A stretch of 64,000 nucleotides of DNA from Acetobacteraceae bacterium (lineage in GTDB: Bacteria > Pseudomonadota > Alphaproteobacteria > Acetobacterales > Acetobacteraceae). Both the position numbers and the translations under genes were made by a program. The stretch lies in contig OZ255628.1 in assembly GCA_965276795.1 (NCBI GenBank), forward strand, positions 2,183,850 to 2,247,849, in the 5' to 3' direction. The notes below the pieces were generated by a model. The model searched no databases, was not told where the DNA came from, and was given only the letters and a program-made list of their open reading frames with translations. This document shows, piece after piece, positions 51,748-59,907 of the stretch; position 1 is the first letter of the stretch; each line of letters begins with the position of its first letter.

Positions 51748-52491
51748 ATGTTTCCGTTAGTGAACGCAATCGCCCCCCTTTCCCCGGTCGCCAGCTTCGC
51801 CGCCATCATTGAGTTGGTGTGCAAGGCGGTCGCCTGTTGTGGCGGGGCGCGGCCCATCGGCATCAGCGGCCTGCCGGTCGAGCGCCTGCCCGGCCCGCTG
51901 CTCACCCTCATCTGGAACCGGCTGCACCGCATCATTGCCCGCTTCACCCGCGCCGCTACCACCCCGCCAGCGCCGCCCCGCCGCCGCGCCTGCGCCAAGC
52001 GCCCCGCCCGGCCTCATAAGCCAGACCTACTGCCGCGCCATTACGCCTGGCTGCGGAGGCTGGTTCAGGAAACCGGCGGCGGCGCTTCCCAGCTCGAATT
52101 CTTCCTCAACCAGCCGGACATCACTGGCCTGATCGCCGCCGACGCCAGGTTAGGTCGCATCCTCCGCCCGCTCTGCCACATGCTCGGCATCCGCCGCGCC
52201 AACGTCCCAATCCTGTATCCGCAACCACCCCCGCAACCGCCCCATTCGCCATCGGCGAAGCTGCCGGAGGTTCCATCGGCGATAGCCGATGGAATGGCAG
52301 CGGAGGGAGCGCCCATTCTGTCAACACAAGCCGCGCCGCCCGAACCACCACCCGGCGCGCCACTGGCGAAGCTGCCGAAGGTTCCATCGGCGATAGCCGA
52401 TGGAATGGCAGCGGAGGGAGCACCCGTCGCGGCACTTGCTGAAACACCCCCACCGCCCGAAACCCCGCCTGCAAATTTTTGCATCGCCTAG
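51748..52491 (+). CDS. Proline-rich hypothetical protein, paralogue B (LPRHYAWL...ILRPLCHMLGIRR family)
   Basis: Shares the core LLPRHYAWLRRLVQET...LGRILRPLCHMLGIRRANVPILYP with 14012..14668. The homologous start may be the GTG at 51760. Contains an internal 57-nt direct repeat. Confidence 0.6.
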   Translation: MFPLVNAIAPLSPVASFAAIIELVCKAVACCGGARPIGISGLPVERLPGPLLTLIWNRLHRIIARFTRAATTPPAPPRRRACAKRPARPHKPDLLPRHYAWLRRLVQETGGGASQLEFFLNQPDITGLIAADARLGRILRPLCHMLGIRRANVPILYPQPPPQPPHSPSAKLPEVPSAIADGMAAEGAPILSTQAAPPEPPPGAPLAKLPKVPSAIADGMAAEGAPVAALAETPPPPETPPANFCIA

Positions 52492-52724
52492 CCTGAATAC
52501 ATTCGCACGGCCTAAATGTTACGATATAGCAACAAAATAGCGTTGGCAGGGTTATCATAGCGGCATCCTGAAAACCTTGTTTTGGCGCGAGAACTCCTTT
52601 CTCTGACAGATTTATGTCGAAGGATTTTACAGTCAGCACCCTAATTCAACCTAAGGCATTGAAACATCACAACGGCACGGTTTTTGCTGGACTTCCTCTT
52701 GCCAAAACACAAGGGAAGCGGAAT

Positions 52725-53423
52725 ATGCGTTCAACGATGGGTTTAGCGATTGCCGGCGTGCTGGCTGCCGGGATCGGCGTCGCAAATGCGGATGTTTATA
52801 GTTACACAACGCCCGTGTCCGGCTAGACGAGCGATGTCACCCAAGACACCTATTTTCAGCCGGCCTCGTTCAACGGCAGCTTTGGCCATCTTACCGGCGT
52901 CAGCCTTGCGTTCAGCGGCACGCTCGCCACCAGCGATCTCGTTGTGGTCACCACGGTCGGAACGCCGCCTCAGCCGGGATCGTATTTCACGACAACGGCG
53001 ATCATCGTTGGCGAAGGTTTTTCGGCCGGCAATGACTACAACCCCGACATCGCGACGACACCTGCCACGATTGGCGCGCGATATGCCACGGCGCGAAGCC
53101 AAGCAGCGGTAACCTTCAATGTCATGTCGCAGGCGATCAGCAATTATGTCGGAAATGGCACCGCCGATTCATCGCTTTTCGGCTTCGTGGAGTTCAACGC
53201 GATTCCAAAAATGCCCGACGGCACCCCTTACGGGAACCAAACATTTCCCAACGCGGCGGAAACCGTCTTCACCGGTCAGTTGACCGAAACCTTCACGTAC
53301 CAGCCGGTCGGTGTTCCCGAACCCGGATCGCTCGCCCTGCTCGGCACCGCAGGCATTTTACTTGCCGGGGCCATAAAGCTTACCCGGCGTCGCCGTGGGG
53401 TTCAGGGGAATTTAATCTCTTAG
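52725..53423 (+). pseudogene. PEP-CTERM paralogue 3 interrupted by an in-frame TAG at 52824-52826
   Basis: MRSTMGLAIAGVLAAGIGVANADVYSYTTPVSG-TAG-TSDVTQDTYFQPASF...VPEPGSLALLGTAGILLAGAIKLTRRRR. Both halves are in the same frame. Paralogue 2 has GTC (Val) at this codon. Confidence 0.75.
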
Positions 53424-54518
53424 CGGCGTCGCGCGCTGGTATTGCGGCGGCAGGTCCAAGGCAACGCCCAGGCGCTTCGCCGCGCGCAGCGGCCAAGCGG
53501 GATTGGCCAGCACGGCGCGGGCGATGAACACCAGATCGGCGCGGCCATTGGCGAGAATTTCGGCGGCGTGCTCCGCTTCACGGATCATGCCGACGGCGCC
53601 GGTCGCGATCCCTGCTTCGCGGCGTATGGCCTCGGCAAAAGGCACCTGATAGCCCGGATGCAGCGACGGGATTTTTTGTTCAGGAGCGATGCCAGCGCTG
53701 GAACAATCGATCAGATCGATATCGCCTCTAGCCTTCAGCCATTGAGCGATCTGCACCGTGTCCTCGATCGTATGGCCGCCTTCGATCCAGTCGGTGCAGG
53801 ACAGCCGCAGGAACAGCGGCAATTCCGAAGGCCACTCGTGACGCACCGCGTCGATGGTCTCCATCAGCATCCGGCAGCGGCCTTTGAGATCGCCGCCATA
53901 TCCATCCTTGCGGCGATTGCTGAGCGGCGAGATGAATTCATGGATCAGGTAACCATGCGCGCCGTGCAGCTCCGCGATCTTGAAGCCGGCGCGGCGGGCG
54001 CGAGCGGCGGTGGCGGCAAACTCGCCCACCACCCGCCTGATATCCTCCGCCGTCAGCTCATGCGGCGCCGGACGATCCGGCTCGAAGGGCAGGGGGCTCG
54101 GCGCTTCCGGCAGCCAGCCGTTCGGCGCATCGGGGGAAATAAACCCGCCGCCGTTCCAGGGCTGCGCCGTGCTCGCCTTGCGCCCGGCATGGGCGATCTG
54201 AATGCCGGGAACCGCGCCGCCCTGCTCGATGATCGCGACAAGCCGCTTCATGAAGGCCTCATGCGCGTCAGTCCACAGGCCCAGATCCCAAGCGGTGATC
54301 CGCCCGCGCGCCGAAACATGCGCGGCCTCGGTGAACACGATGCCGGCGCCGCCCATCGCCTTGGCGCCGAGGGTCTGGATGTGCCAATCATTCCCCAGCC
54401 CTGCATTTTCCTGGCCATCTTCGGCGCTGTACTGGCACATCGGCGACACCACGACGCGGTTTTTCGCGGTCACCGAGCGAAACGAGATCGGCTGGAACAG
54501 CAGCGGCACAGGCGCCAT
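53412..54518 (-). CDS. NADH:flavin oxidoreductase, Old Yellow Enzyme family
   Basis: NRVVVSPMCQYS, HAGRKAS and ELHGAHGYLIHEFISPLSNRR. ATG at 54518 after AAGGA. Confidence 0.88.
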   Translation of the reverse strand: MAPVPLLFQPISFRSVTAKNRVVVSPMCQYSAEDGQENAGLGNDWHIQTLGAKAMGGAGIVFTEAAHVSARGRITAWDLGLWTDAHEAFMKRLVAIIEQGGAVPGIQIAHAGRKASTAQPWNGGGFISPDAPNGWLPEAPSPLPFEPDRPAPHELTAEDIRRVVGEFAATAARARRAGFKIAELHGAHGYLIHEFISPLSNRRKDGYGGDLKGRCRMLMETIDAVRHEWPSELPLFLRLSCTDWIEGGHTIEDTVQIAQWLKARGDIDLIDCSSAGIAPEQKIPSLHPGYQVPFAEAIRREAGIATGAVGMIREAEHAAEILANGRADLVFIARAVLANPAWPLRAAKRLGVALDLPPQYQRATPLRD

Positions 54519-54617
54519 CAGGCTTATCCTTTGTGAAACAAGCAACTCAGATGGCGGATGGCGGAGCGCCTTGCAACCGCGTCCGGCAGGGGGCCGGGTT
54601 GCCTTGGCCGGGCGGCA

Positions 54618-55712
54618 TCAAGGCGGGATATTGCCCGGCGACGCGGCGTTATAGTTTTCAGGACTGGGAATCTTTGGTTCCAGTCCATGCGAAAAACCGC
54701 CATCCGGCATCCCGCCATCCAACGCGGTGCCATCCGGCGCCGGACGCAGCCAGCCCTGGCCGAGCAACTCCCGCATCTGCGCCGCCCGCGCCTCCGCCTG
54801 CGCCGCCGCCGCCGCCCATTCCGCGGCAAGCTCGGCATGGCCGGTATCTCCGGCGGCTTGGGCGAAGCGGTGGCATAAAGCCACCCGCTCGACCATCACC
54901 CGCATCGCGGTTTCCTGAGCGCGCTCCATCTCGCGGAACTGCCCCGCCTCCATATCCGCCGGCGAATAGGCATGGCCGATATGGCAGCGGTAATAGGGCC
55001 GCGTGCCGAGATCGGTTTCGGTCAGCGCGCCGCCGCAATCGGGGCAGATCATCGTGCGGGGCGGTTGCAGCGAATATTCACCAGACATCGCAAGTTCCTT
55101 GACTGGGTGTGAGGCCGCAATGCGGCGTGGCGTCACGCGTCCTGCCGCGCGGATGATCATCTCGCTGATCTCGGCCACCGGGATGGCGTAATCGACATCG
55201 GCGTATTGCACCGCCGAACGCGGCATGCTGGGATATTCCGCCTCTCGCGGGTCCTGCGCGATCGCCATGCCGCCGTGGCGCTTGATCTCGGCCAGTCCCG
55301 CCGTGCCGTCGCTCAACATGCCCGACAGCACGATCCCCATCACCCGCGGCCCATAAACCCCCGCCGCCGAGCGGAACAGCGGATCGGCGGCCGGGCGCGA
55401 GCGGTTTTCGCGCGGCCCGCGCGACAGGCGGACAAAGCCCGGATGCAGCAGCAGATGATGATCCGGCGGCGCGACATAAATGCGGCCCTGGCGGATCATC
55501 TCGTGTTCTGCCGGATGCAAGGCGGGCAGCGGGCCGGCGCGGCTGAGGATTTCCGGCAGCAGGCTGACATAAGGGCCGATATGCAGCACAATGAACAGGC
55601 TGGCCGCGAGATCAGCGGGCAAGGCGCCGGCAAGCTGGCGCAACGGCGTCAGGCCGCCGGCGGAAGCGGCGATCACGATGATGTCGTGGCGCAAGGGAAA
55701 AATCCTATTCAA
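54618..55712 (-). CDS. Stand-alone CheB-type methylesterase with a C-terminal Zn-ribbon-like extension
   Basis: IIVIAASAGGLTPL, IVLHI, GIVLSGMLSDGTAG and CPDCGG...YRCHIGH. The start is uncertain: TTG at 55712 overlaps the receiver stop, with an alternative ATG at 55760. Confidence 0.75.
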   Translation of the reverse strand: MNRIFPLRHDIIVIAASAGGLTPLRQLAGALPADLAASLFIVLHIGPYVSLLPEILSRAGPLPALHPAEHEMIRQGRIYVAPPDHHLLLHPGFVRLSRGPRENRSRPAADPLFRSAAGVYGPRVMGIVLSGMLSDGTAGLAEIKRHGGMAIAQDPREAEYPSMPRSAVQYADVDYAIPVAEISEMIIRAAGRVTPRRIAASHPVKELAMSGEYSLQPPRTMICPDCGGALTETDLGTRPYYRCHIGHAYSPADMEAGQFREMERAQETAMRVMVERVALCHRFAQAAGDTGHAELAAEWAAAAAQAEARAAQMRELLGQGWLRPAPDGTALDGGMPDGGFSHGLEPKIPSPENYNAASPGNIPP

Positions 55713-56085
55713 GCGGCGCCGGCTGCAGCGCCGCCGCCAGCACCCGGTCCAGCTCGTCATAACTGTAAGGCTTATTGAGCGTCGGACAGGCGCGGAATTC
55801 GGCGGCAAGCCCGCCGCTGCCATAGCCGGTGGCGAACACGAAGGGAATTTGCCGCGCCCGCAGCGCCGCCGCCACCGGATAGCTCGCCTCCCCCGCCACG
55901 TTCACATCGAGAATTGCCCCCGCCAGCCTGGCGCTGGCGGCGAGCGACACCGCGCCGGCAACCCGCGCCGCCTTCATCGTGCGATAGCCCAATTCGGCGA
56001 GCTGATCTTCCAGCAGCAGCGCCAGCATCATGTCATCCTCAACGATCAGGATCGTCCGGGCGGCATCCTCGGCGGCATCGTTCAT
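55705..56085 (-). CDS. Single-domain response regulator (CheY-like receiver)
   Basis: ILIVEDDMMLALLLEDQL...AILDVNV...PFVFATGY. The ATG overlaps the kinase stop (ATGA). Confidence 0.88.
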   Translation of the reverse strand: MNDAAEDAARTILIVEDDMMLALLLEDQLAELGYRTMKAARVAGAVSLAASARLAGAILDVNVAGEASYPVAAALRARQIPFVFATGYGSGGLAAEFRACPTLNKPYSYDELDRVLAAALQPAPLE

Positions 56086-59000
56086 GGCATATCCTCATGG
56101 GAAACCAGCGGCACGTCAATCACGCAGCGAACCCCCGCCGGGTCGAAATCCACCTCAACCGTGCCGTCCAGCTCATAAGCGAGGCCATCGCCGATCAGCC
56201 GGCTGCCAAACCCCTTGCGCTCCGGCGGCTTGACCGGCGGGCCGCCCCCTTCCGCCCACACGATATGCAGCCGCGGCCCGGTTTCCGCCTCTCGTTTTTG
56301 CCAAATCACGTCGAGCTGCCCGCTTGGCGCCGAAAGCGCGCCGAACTTCACCGCGTTGGTGGTCAGCTCATGGAAGGCAAGGCCCAGCGCCAGCGCCGTT
56401 TTCGGCCCCAGCCGGAGATCCGGCCCGGTAATGGTCCAGCGCCGCCGGTCCTTCGGCTGATACGGCCTCAGCTCGGCCTCCAGCACATCGCGCAGCAGCG
56501 CGCCTTCCCAATCGGCGCGGGTCAGCAGGTCATGCGTCGTCGCCAGCGCGATCAGCCGGGCCAGGAACACCTCCTGAAAGCCGCTCAGCGTCTTCGAATG
56601 CCGCAGCGTCTGCGCCGCCATCGACTGCACCGTCGCCAGCGCGTTCTTCACCCGGTGGCTCAGCTCATGCAGCAGCAGCGTGCGGTGCCGCTCCGCCTTG
56701 ATCCGCCCGGTGATGTCATGCGCGGCGCAGGCATAGGCGGTCGCCTCGCCGGTCTCGCCGCGGATCGCCACCAGCGTCAGCTCGACATCGACAAAGCCGC
56801 CATCCTGGCGTCGCCCCAGCGTGTCAACCGGACCGGCGATGGCGCCCGTGCGCGCCGCCTGCATCAGCGCCGCCTGTTCCTCCCGCCGGTGCTCGGCGCA
56901 CAGCATCAGCGCCGGCTGCCCGATCGCCTGCGCCGCCGTGTAGCCGAACAGCCGGACCGCGGCGGCGTTCCACGAGCAAATAACGCCGTCGAAATCGATC
57001 CGGAAAAACGCGTCATGGGCAAATTCGATGATCGCCGCCTGGTCGCGCAGCGCCTGCTCGGATTTCTTCCGCGCCGTGATATCGACGAATGTCAGCACCG
57101 CGCCGTCAACGCCGCTCTCCCCGGTGCTATAGGGCATGATCCGCATGATGAAGGTGATGCCGGAATCCGCCAGCTTCACCTCGCGCTCCAGCGTGCGGTG
57201 GTCGCGCAGCACCTGGCTGATATCCGCCCATAGCCGGTCATAGGAAAGCCGGGTCGCGATATCGGCGAGCGGCCTCGACTGATCGCTGACTTGCAGGCGG
57301 AACAATTCCCGCATTGCGGGGGTAAAGCCCTTGATCCGCATCTCGGCATCGAGGAAAATCGTCGCGATCTGCGTGCTTTCCAGCAGGTTCTGCACATCGT
57401 TGTTGAGCCGCGTCAGCTGGTCGTTCTTCACGTTCAGCTCGGTATTGATGGTCTGCAGCTCCTCGTTGATCGACTGCATCTCCTCCTTGGCGGTCTCCAG
57501 CTCCTCATTGCTGGATTGCAGCTCCTCATTGACCGACTGGTATTCCTCGATGCTGGAGCGGGTTTCCTCATTGGCGGTCTCCGCCGCCTCCAAGGCGACC
57601 TGCAGCCGCGCCTTCACCGCCAGCACCTCCGCTTCCATCGCCTGCATCCCGATGCCGCCAGCCTCGCTGGCCGATTTGGCGGCGCGGCGGCGCTTCACCG
57701 CCACCAGATCGCGGAACGCCACGACATAGAGCCTGCCGCTGACGTCGATCTCGCTGATCGGCTCGGCGATCAGCGTCACCGTGCGCAACTGGCCGTCCAT
57801 CTCCAGCGGCACCTGATCCTGCGTCACCGGCGTCCGGCTGGTCATCGCGGTGTGCAGCGCCGCCCGCACCGCCGGCCGCAGCGATTTGCGCAGATTGACG
57901 AACAGGGCCAAAGTCGCCGCCCCGCCGCCGGGCTCCAAATAGCGCCCGGTCTCGCCGCCGGAAAAGCGGATGATGTCGTGCCGCTCATCGACCACGAAAT
58001 ACACCGGCGAATGCTTCTCCAGCGCCGCCCGGGCGCCGCGCTCGATCCGGTCCTCCAGCAGGGCTGCCGCCGGCCTCGACCGGGTGAGCGGCGGCATCGC
58101 CACCAGCGCCGGCATCTCCGGCGCCTCGGCCTCCATCCCCGGCTCCCGCTTCCGGTACAGCCGGTGCTTGCGGTCGATAACGCTGAACAGGCCAGGGTTG
58201 CGGGTGACGCCTTCCGAAGGGCCGAGGAACAGCAGGCCGTCCGGCCGCAGCGCGTAATGGAACAGCCGGATCACCCGCTCCTGCAACTCCGCGTTCATAT
58301 AAATCAGCAGGTTGCGGCAGGAGAGCAGGCTGAGCCGCGAGAAGGGCGGGTCCTTGATCAGATTATGCAGCGAAAAGATGCACATCTCTCGGATCGATTT
58401 CACCACCCGGTAGCACTCGCCCTCGGCGGTGAACCAGCGGGCAATGCTCTCCGGACGCAGGCCGCGCATCGCCGAGGGATACAGCGCGGCGCGCGCGGTG
58501 GCGATGGCGGCCTCGTCGATATCGGTGCCAAAAATTTTCACCTTCGGCGAAATCCCCGCTTGCTCGCACGCCTCGCGCAGCAGGATGGCCAGGGAATACA
58601 CCTCCTCGCCGGTCGAGCAGCCAGGCGCCCAGACCCGGATGGTGTCGTGATTGCCCTTCCCCTCCAGCAGCCCCGGCAGCGCCAGCCGCAACGCCGCGAA
58701 CGCCGCCGGGTCGCGCATGAATTCGGTGACGCCGATCAGCAATTCGCGAAACAACAACTCGGTCTGGCCATCCTCATAGCGCAGCCGCTCGGCATATTCC
58801 GCCATGTTGTCAACGCCCAGCACCTGCATCCGCCGCTGCACGCGCCGGATCACCGTGCTGGTCTTGTACTGGCTGAAATCATGGCTCAGCCTGGCCTGCA
58901 ACAGGCCGAGGATTTGCGGCAGATAATCGGCGGCGTCGAACCTGATCCCGTCATTGTTCTTGCGCCCGGCGATGCCGTCGAGATGCCTGCCATAGCGCAG

Positions 59001-59633
59001 CAGCCGCTCCGGCATCTCCTGGAGGGGCAGCACGAAATCGACAAAGCCGGTGGCGGCGGCGTTTTCCGGCATCCCACTCATCGCCACATGGTCGTATTCC
59101 GATTGCGCCAGCGTCAGCCCGCCATGCGCCTTGATCGAGGTAATGCCGTTGGCGCCATCGCTGCCGATGCCCGACAGCACGATGCCGACCGCGTTCTCCC
59201 CCTGATCCTCGGCGAGCGCCGTGAAAAAACTGTTGATCGGCCAGCGATGCAGCCGCGGCGGCGCCGGATGCTCGACATGCAGGATGCCCTCGCTGATCGT
59301 CAGCGTTGCGTCGGGCGGGATGACATAAACGCTGTTGGCCTCCACGCTCACCCCATCCGCCGCCTGCGCCACCGGCATATCGACGGCGCGCGACAAAATC
59401 TCCACCAGCATGCTCTGGTAATGCGGATCGAGATGCTGGATCAGCACGAAAGCCATGCCGGATTTCGGCGGCATGGCGGCGAAAAACGACTGAAACGCCG
59501 CCAGCCCGCCCGCCGAAGCGCCGATGGCGACAATCAGCGGCGCATCCGGCACCCGCGCCTTCACCGGCCCCATATCGGACGGCAGCGCCCCCGCCTCGCC
59601 CTGCAACTCCGTGGCTTGCTCCGTGTCCGGCAT
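56082..59633 (-). CDS. CheB-CheR fusion protein with coiled coil, PAS domains and an HWE-type histidine kinase
   Basis: VAIGASAGGL / GIVLSGIGSDGANG (CheB). VWAPGCSTGEEVYSLAILL / LSCRNLLIYM (CheR). EELQSSNEELETAKEEMQSINEELQTIN coiled coil. HELSHRVKNALATVQ and HELTTNAVKFGALS (HWE kinase). ATG at 59633 after GGAAG, with an alternative TTG at 59693. Confidence 0.88.
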   Translation of the reverse strand: MPDTEQATELQGEAGALPSDMGPVKARVPDAPLIVAIGASAGGLAAFQSFFAAMPPKSGMAFVLIQHLDPHYQSMLVEILSRAVDMPVAQAADGVSVEANSVYVIPPDATLTISEGILHVEHPAPPRLHRWPINSFFTALAEDQGENAVGIVLSGIGSDGANGITSIKAHGGLTLAQSEYDHVAMSGMPENAAATGFVDFVLPLQEMPERLLRYGRHLDGIAGRKNNDGIRFDAADYLPQILGLLQARLSHDFSQYKTSTVIRRVQRRMQVLGVDNMAEYAERLRYEDGQTELLFRELLIGVTEFMRDPAAFAALRLALPGLLEGKGNHDTIRVWAPGCSTGEEVYSLAILLREACEQAGISPKVKIFGTDIDEAAIATARAALYPSAMRGLRPESIARWFTAEGECYRVVKSIREMCIFSLHNLIKDPPFSRLSLLSCRNLLIYMNAELQERVIRLFHYALRPDGLLFLGPSEGVTRNPGLFSVIDRKHRLYRKREPGMEAEAPEMPALVAMPPLTRSRPAAALLEDRIERGARAALEKHSPVYFVVDERHDIIRFSGGETGRYLEPGGGAATLALFVNLRKSLRPAVRAALHTAMTSRTPVTQDQVPLEMDGQLRTVTLIAEPISEIDVSGRLYVVAFRDLVAVKRRRAAKSASEAGGIGMQAMEAEVLAVKARLQVALEAAETANEETRSSIEEYQSVNEELQSSNEELETAKEEMQSINEELQTINTELNVKNDQLTRLNNDVQNLLESTQIATIFLDAEMRIKGFTPAMRELFRLQVSDQSRPLADIATRLSYDRLWADISQVLRDHRTLEREVKLADSGITFIMRIMPYSTGESGVDGAVLTFVDITARKKSEQALRDQAAIIEFAHDAFFRIDFDGVICSWNAAAVRLFGYTAAQAIGQPALMLCAEHRREEQAALMQAARTGAIAGPVDTLGRRQDGGFVDVELTLVAIRGETGEATAYACAAHDITGRIKAERHRTLLLHELSHRVKNALATVQSMAAQTLRHSKTLSGFQEVFLARLIALATTHDLLTRADWEGALLRDVLEAELRPYQPKDRRRWTITGPDLRLGPKTALALGLAFHELTTNAVKFGALSAPSGQLDVIWQKREAETGPRLHIVWAEGGGPPVKPPERKGFGSRLIGDGLAYELDGTVEVDFDPAGVRCVIDVPLVSHEDMP

Positions 59634-59759
59634 TGAATCTTCCGCTAAGGGTGAAGTCAATCTCAAAAATGGCCCCACCCTGCTAATCGACAACCCACGC
59701 TTTGCCTAGCAATAAAATCAGGCGGTTGCCAAAAGTTAATGCTTGTCGGAAGGTGTAAG

Positions 59760-59882
59760 GAAGCGCTTCTTTTTGGAAAAAAGAAGCAAAAACTTTTTTT
59801 GATTTTGGATCGTGCTGGTTGTGATGCCTGGGGCTACATTAAAAAGAGTTTTTTGGTTCTTTTTTGCAAAAAAGAACCGCTT
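59760..59882. repeat. AT-rich palindromic unit pair (locus 6, intact B and A hairpins)
   Basis: AAGCGCTTCTTTTTGGAAAAAAGAAGCAAAAACTTTTTTTG ... AAAAAGAGTTTTTTGGTTCTTTTTTGCAAAAAAGAACCGCTT. Confidence 0.85.
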
Positions 59883-59907
59883 GTTTTACTTACTTTTTGG
59901 AAAATCG

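Noticed and set aside
52511-52570. Sigma-54 promoter in the conserved box downstream of paralogue B.
   Set aside because: TGGCAG is present, but the GC dinucleotide is 3 nt too far away for the -24/-12 spacing. Only copy A fits, so the promoter idea is not supported by conservation.
57291-59636. 781-aa antisense ORF over the CheB-CheR-HWE kinase. Similar long antisense ORFs: 4237..5577, 11073..12296, 19146..20174, 23829..25184, 34552..35724, 42573..43619, 45775..47433, 53442..54536, 62873..63898, 7847..8806, 8740..9579, 15077..15925, 15935..16735.
   Set aside because: All overlap confidently identified genes on the opposite strand. Their products are R/G/A/P/H-rich with no recognisable motifs. 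This is the expected consequence of low stop-codon frequency in high-GC sequence.
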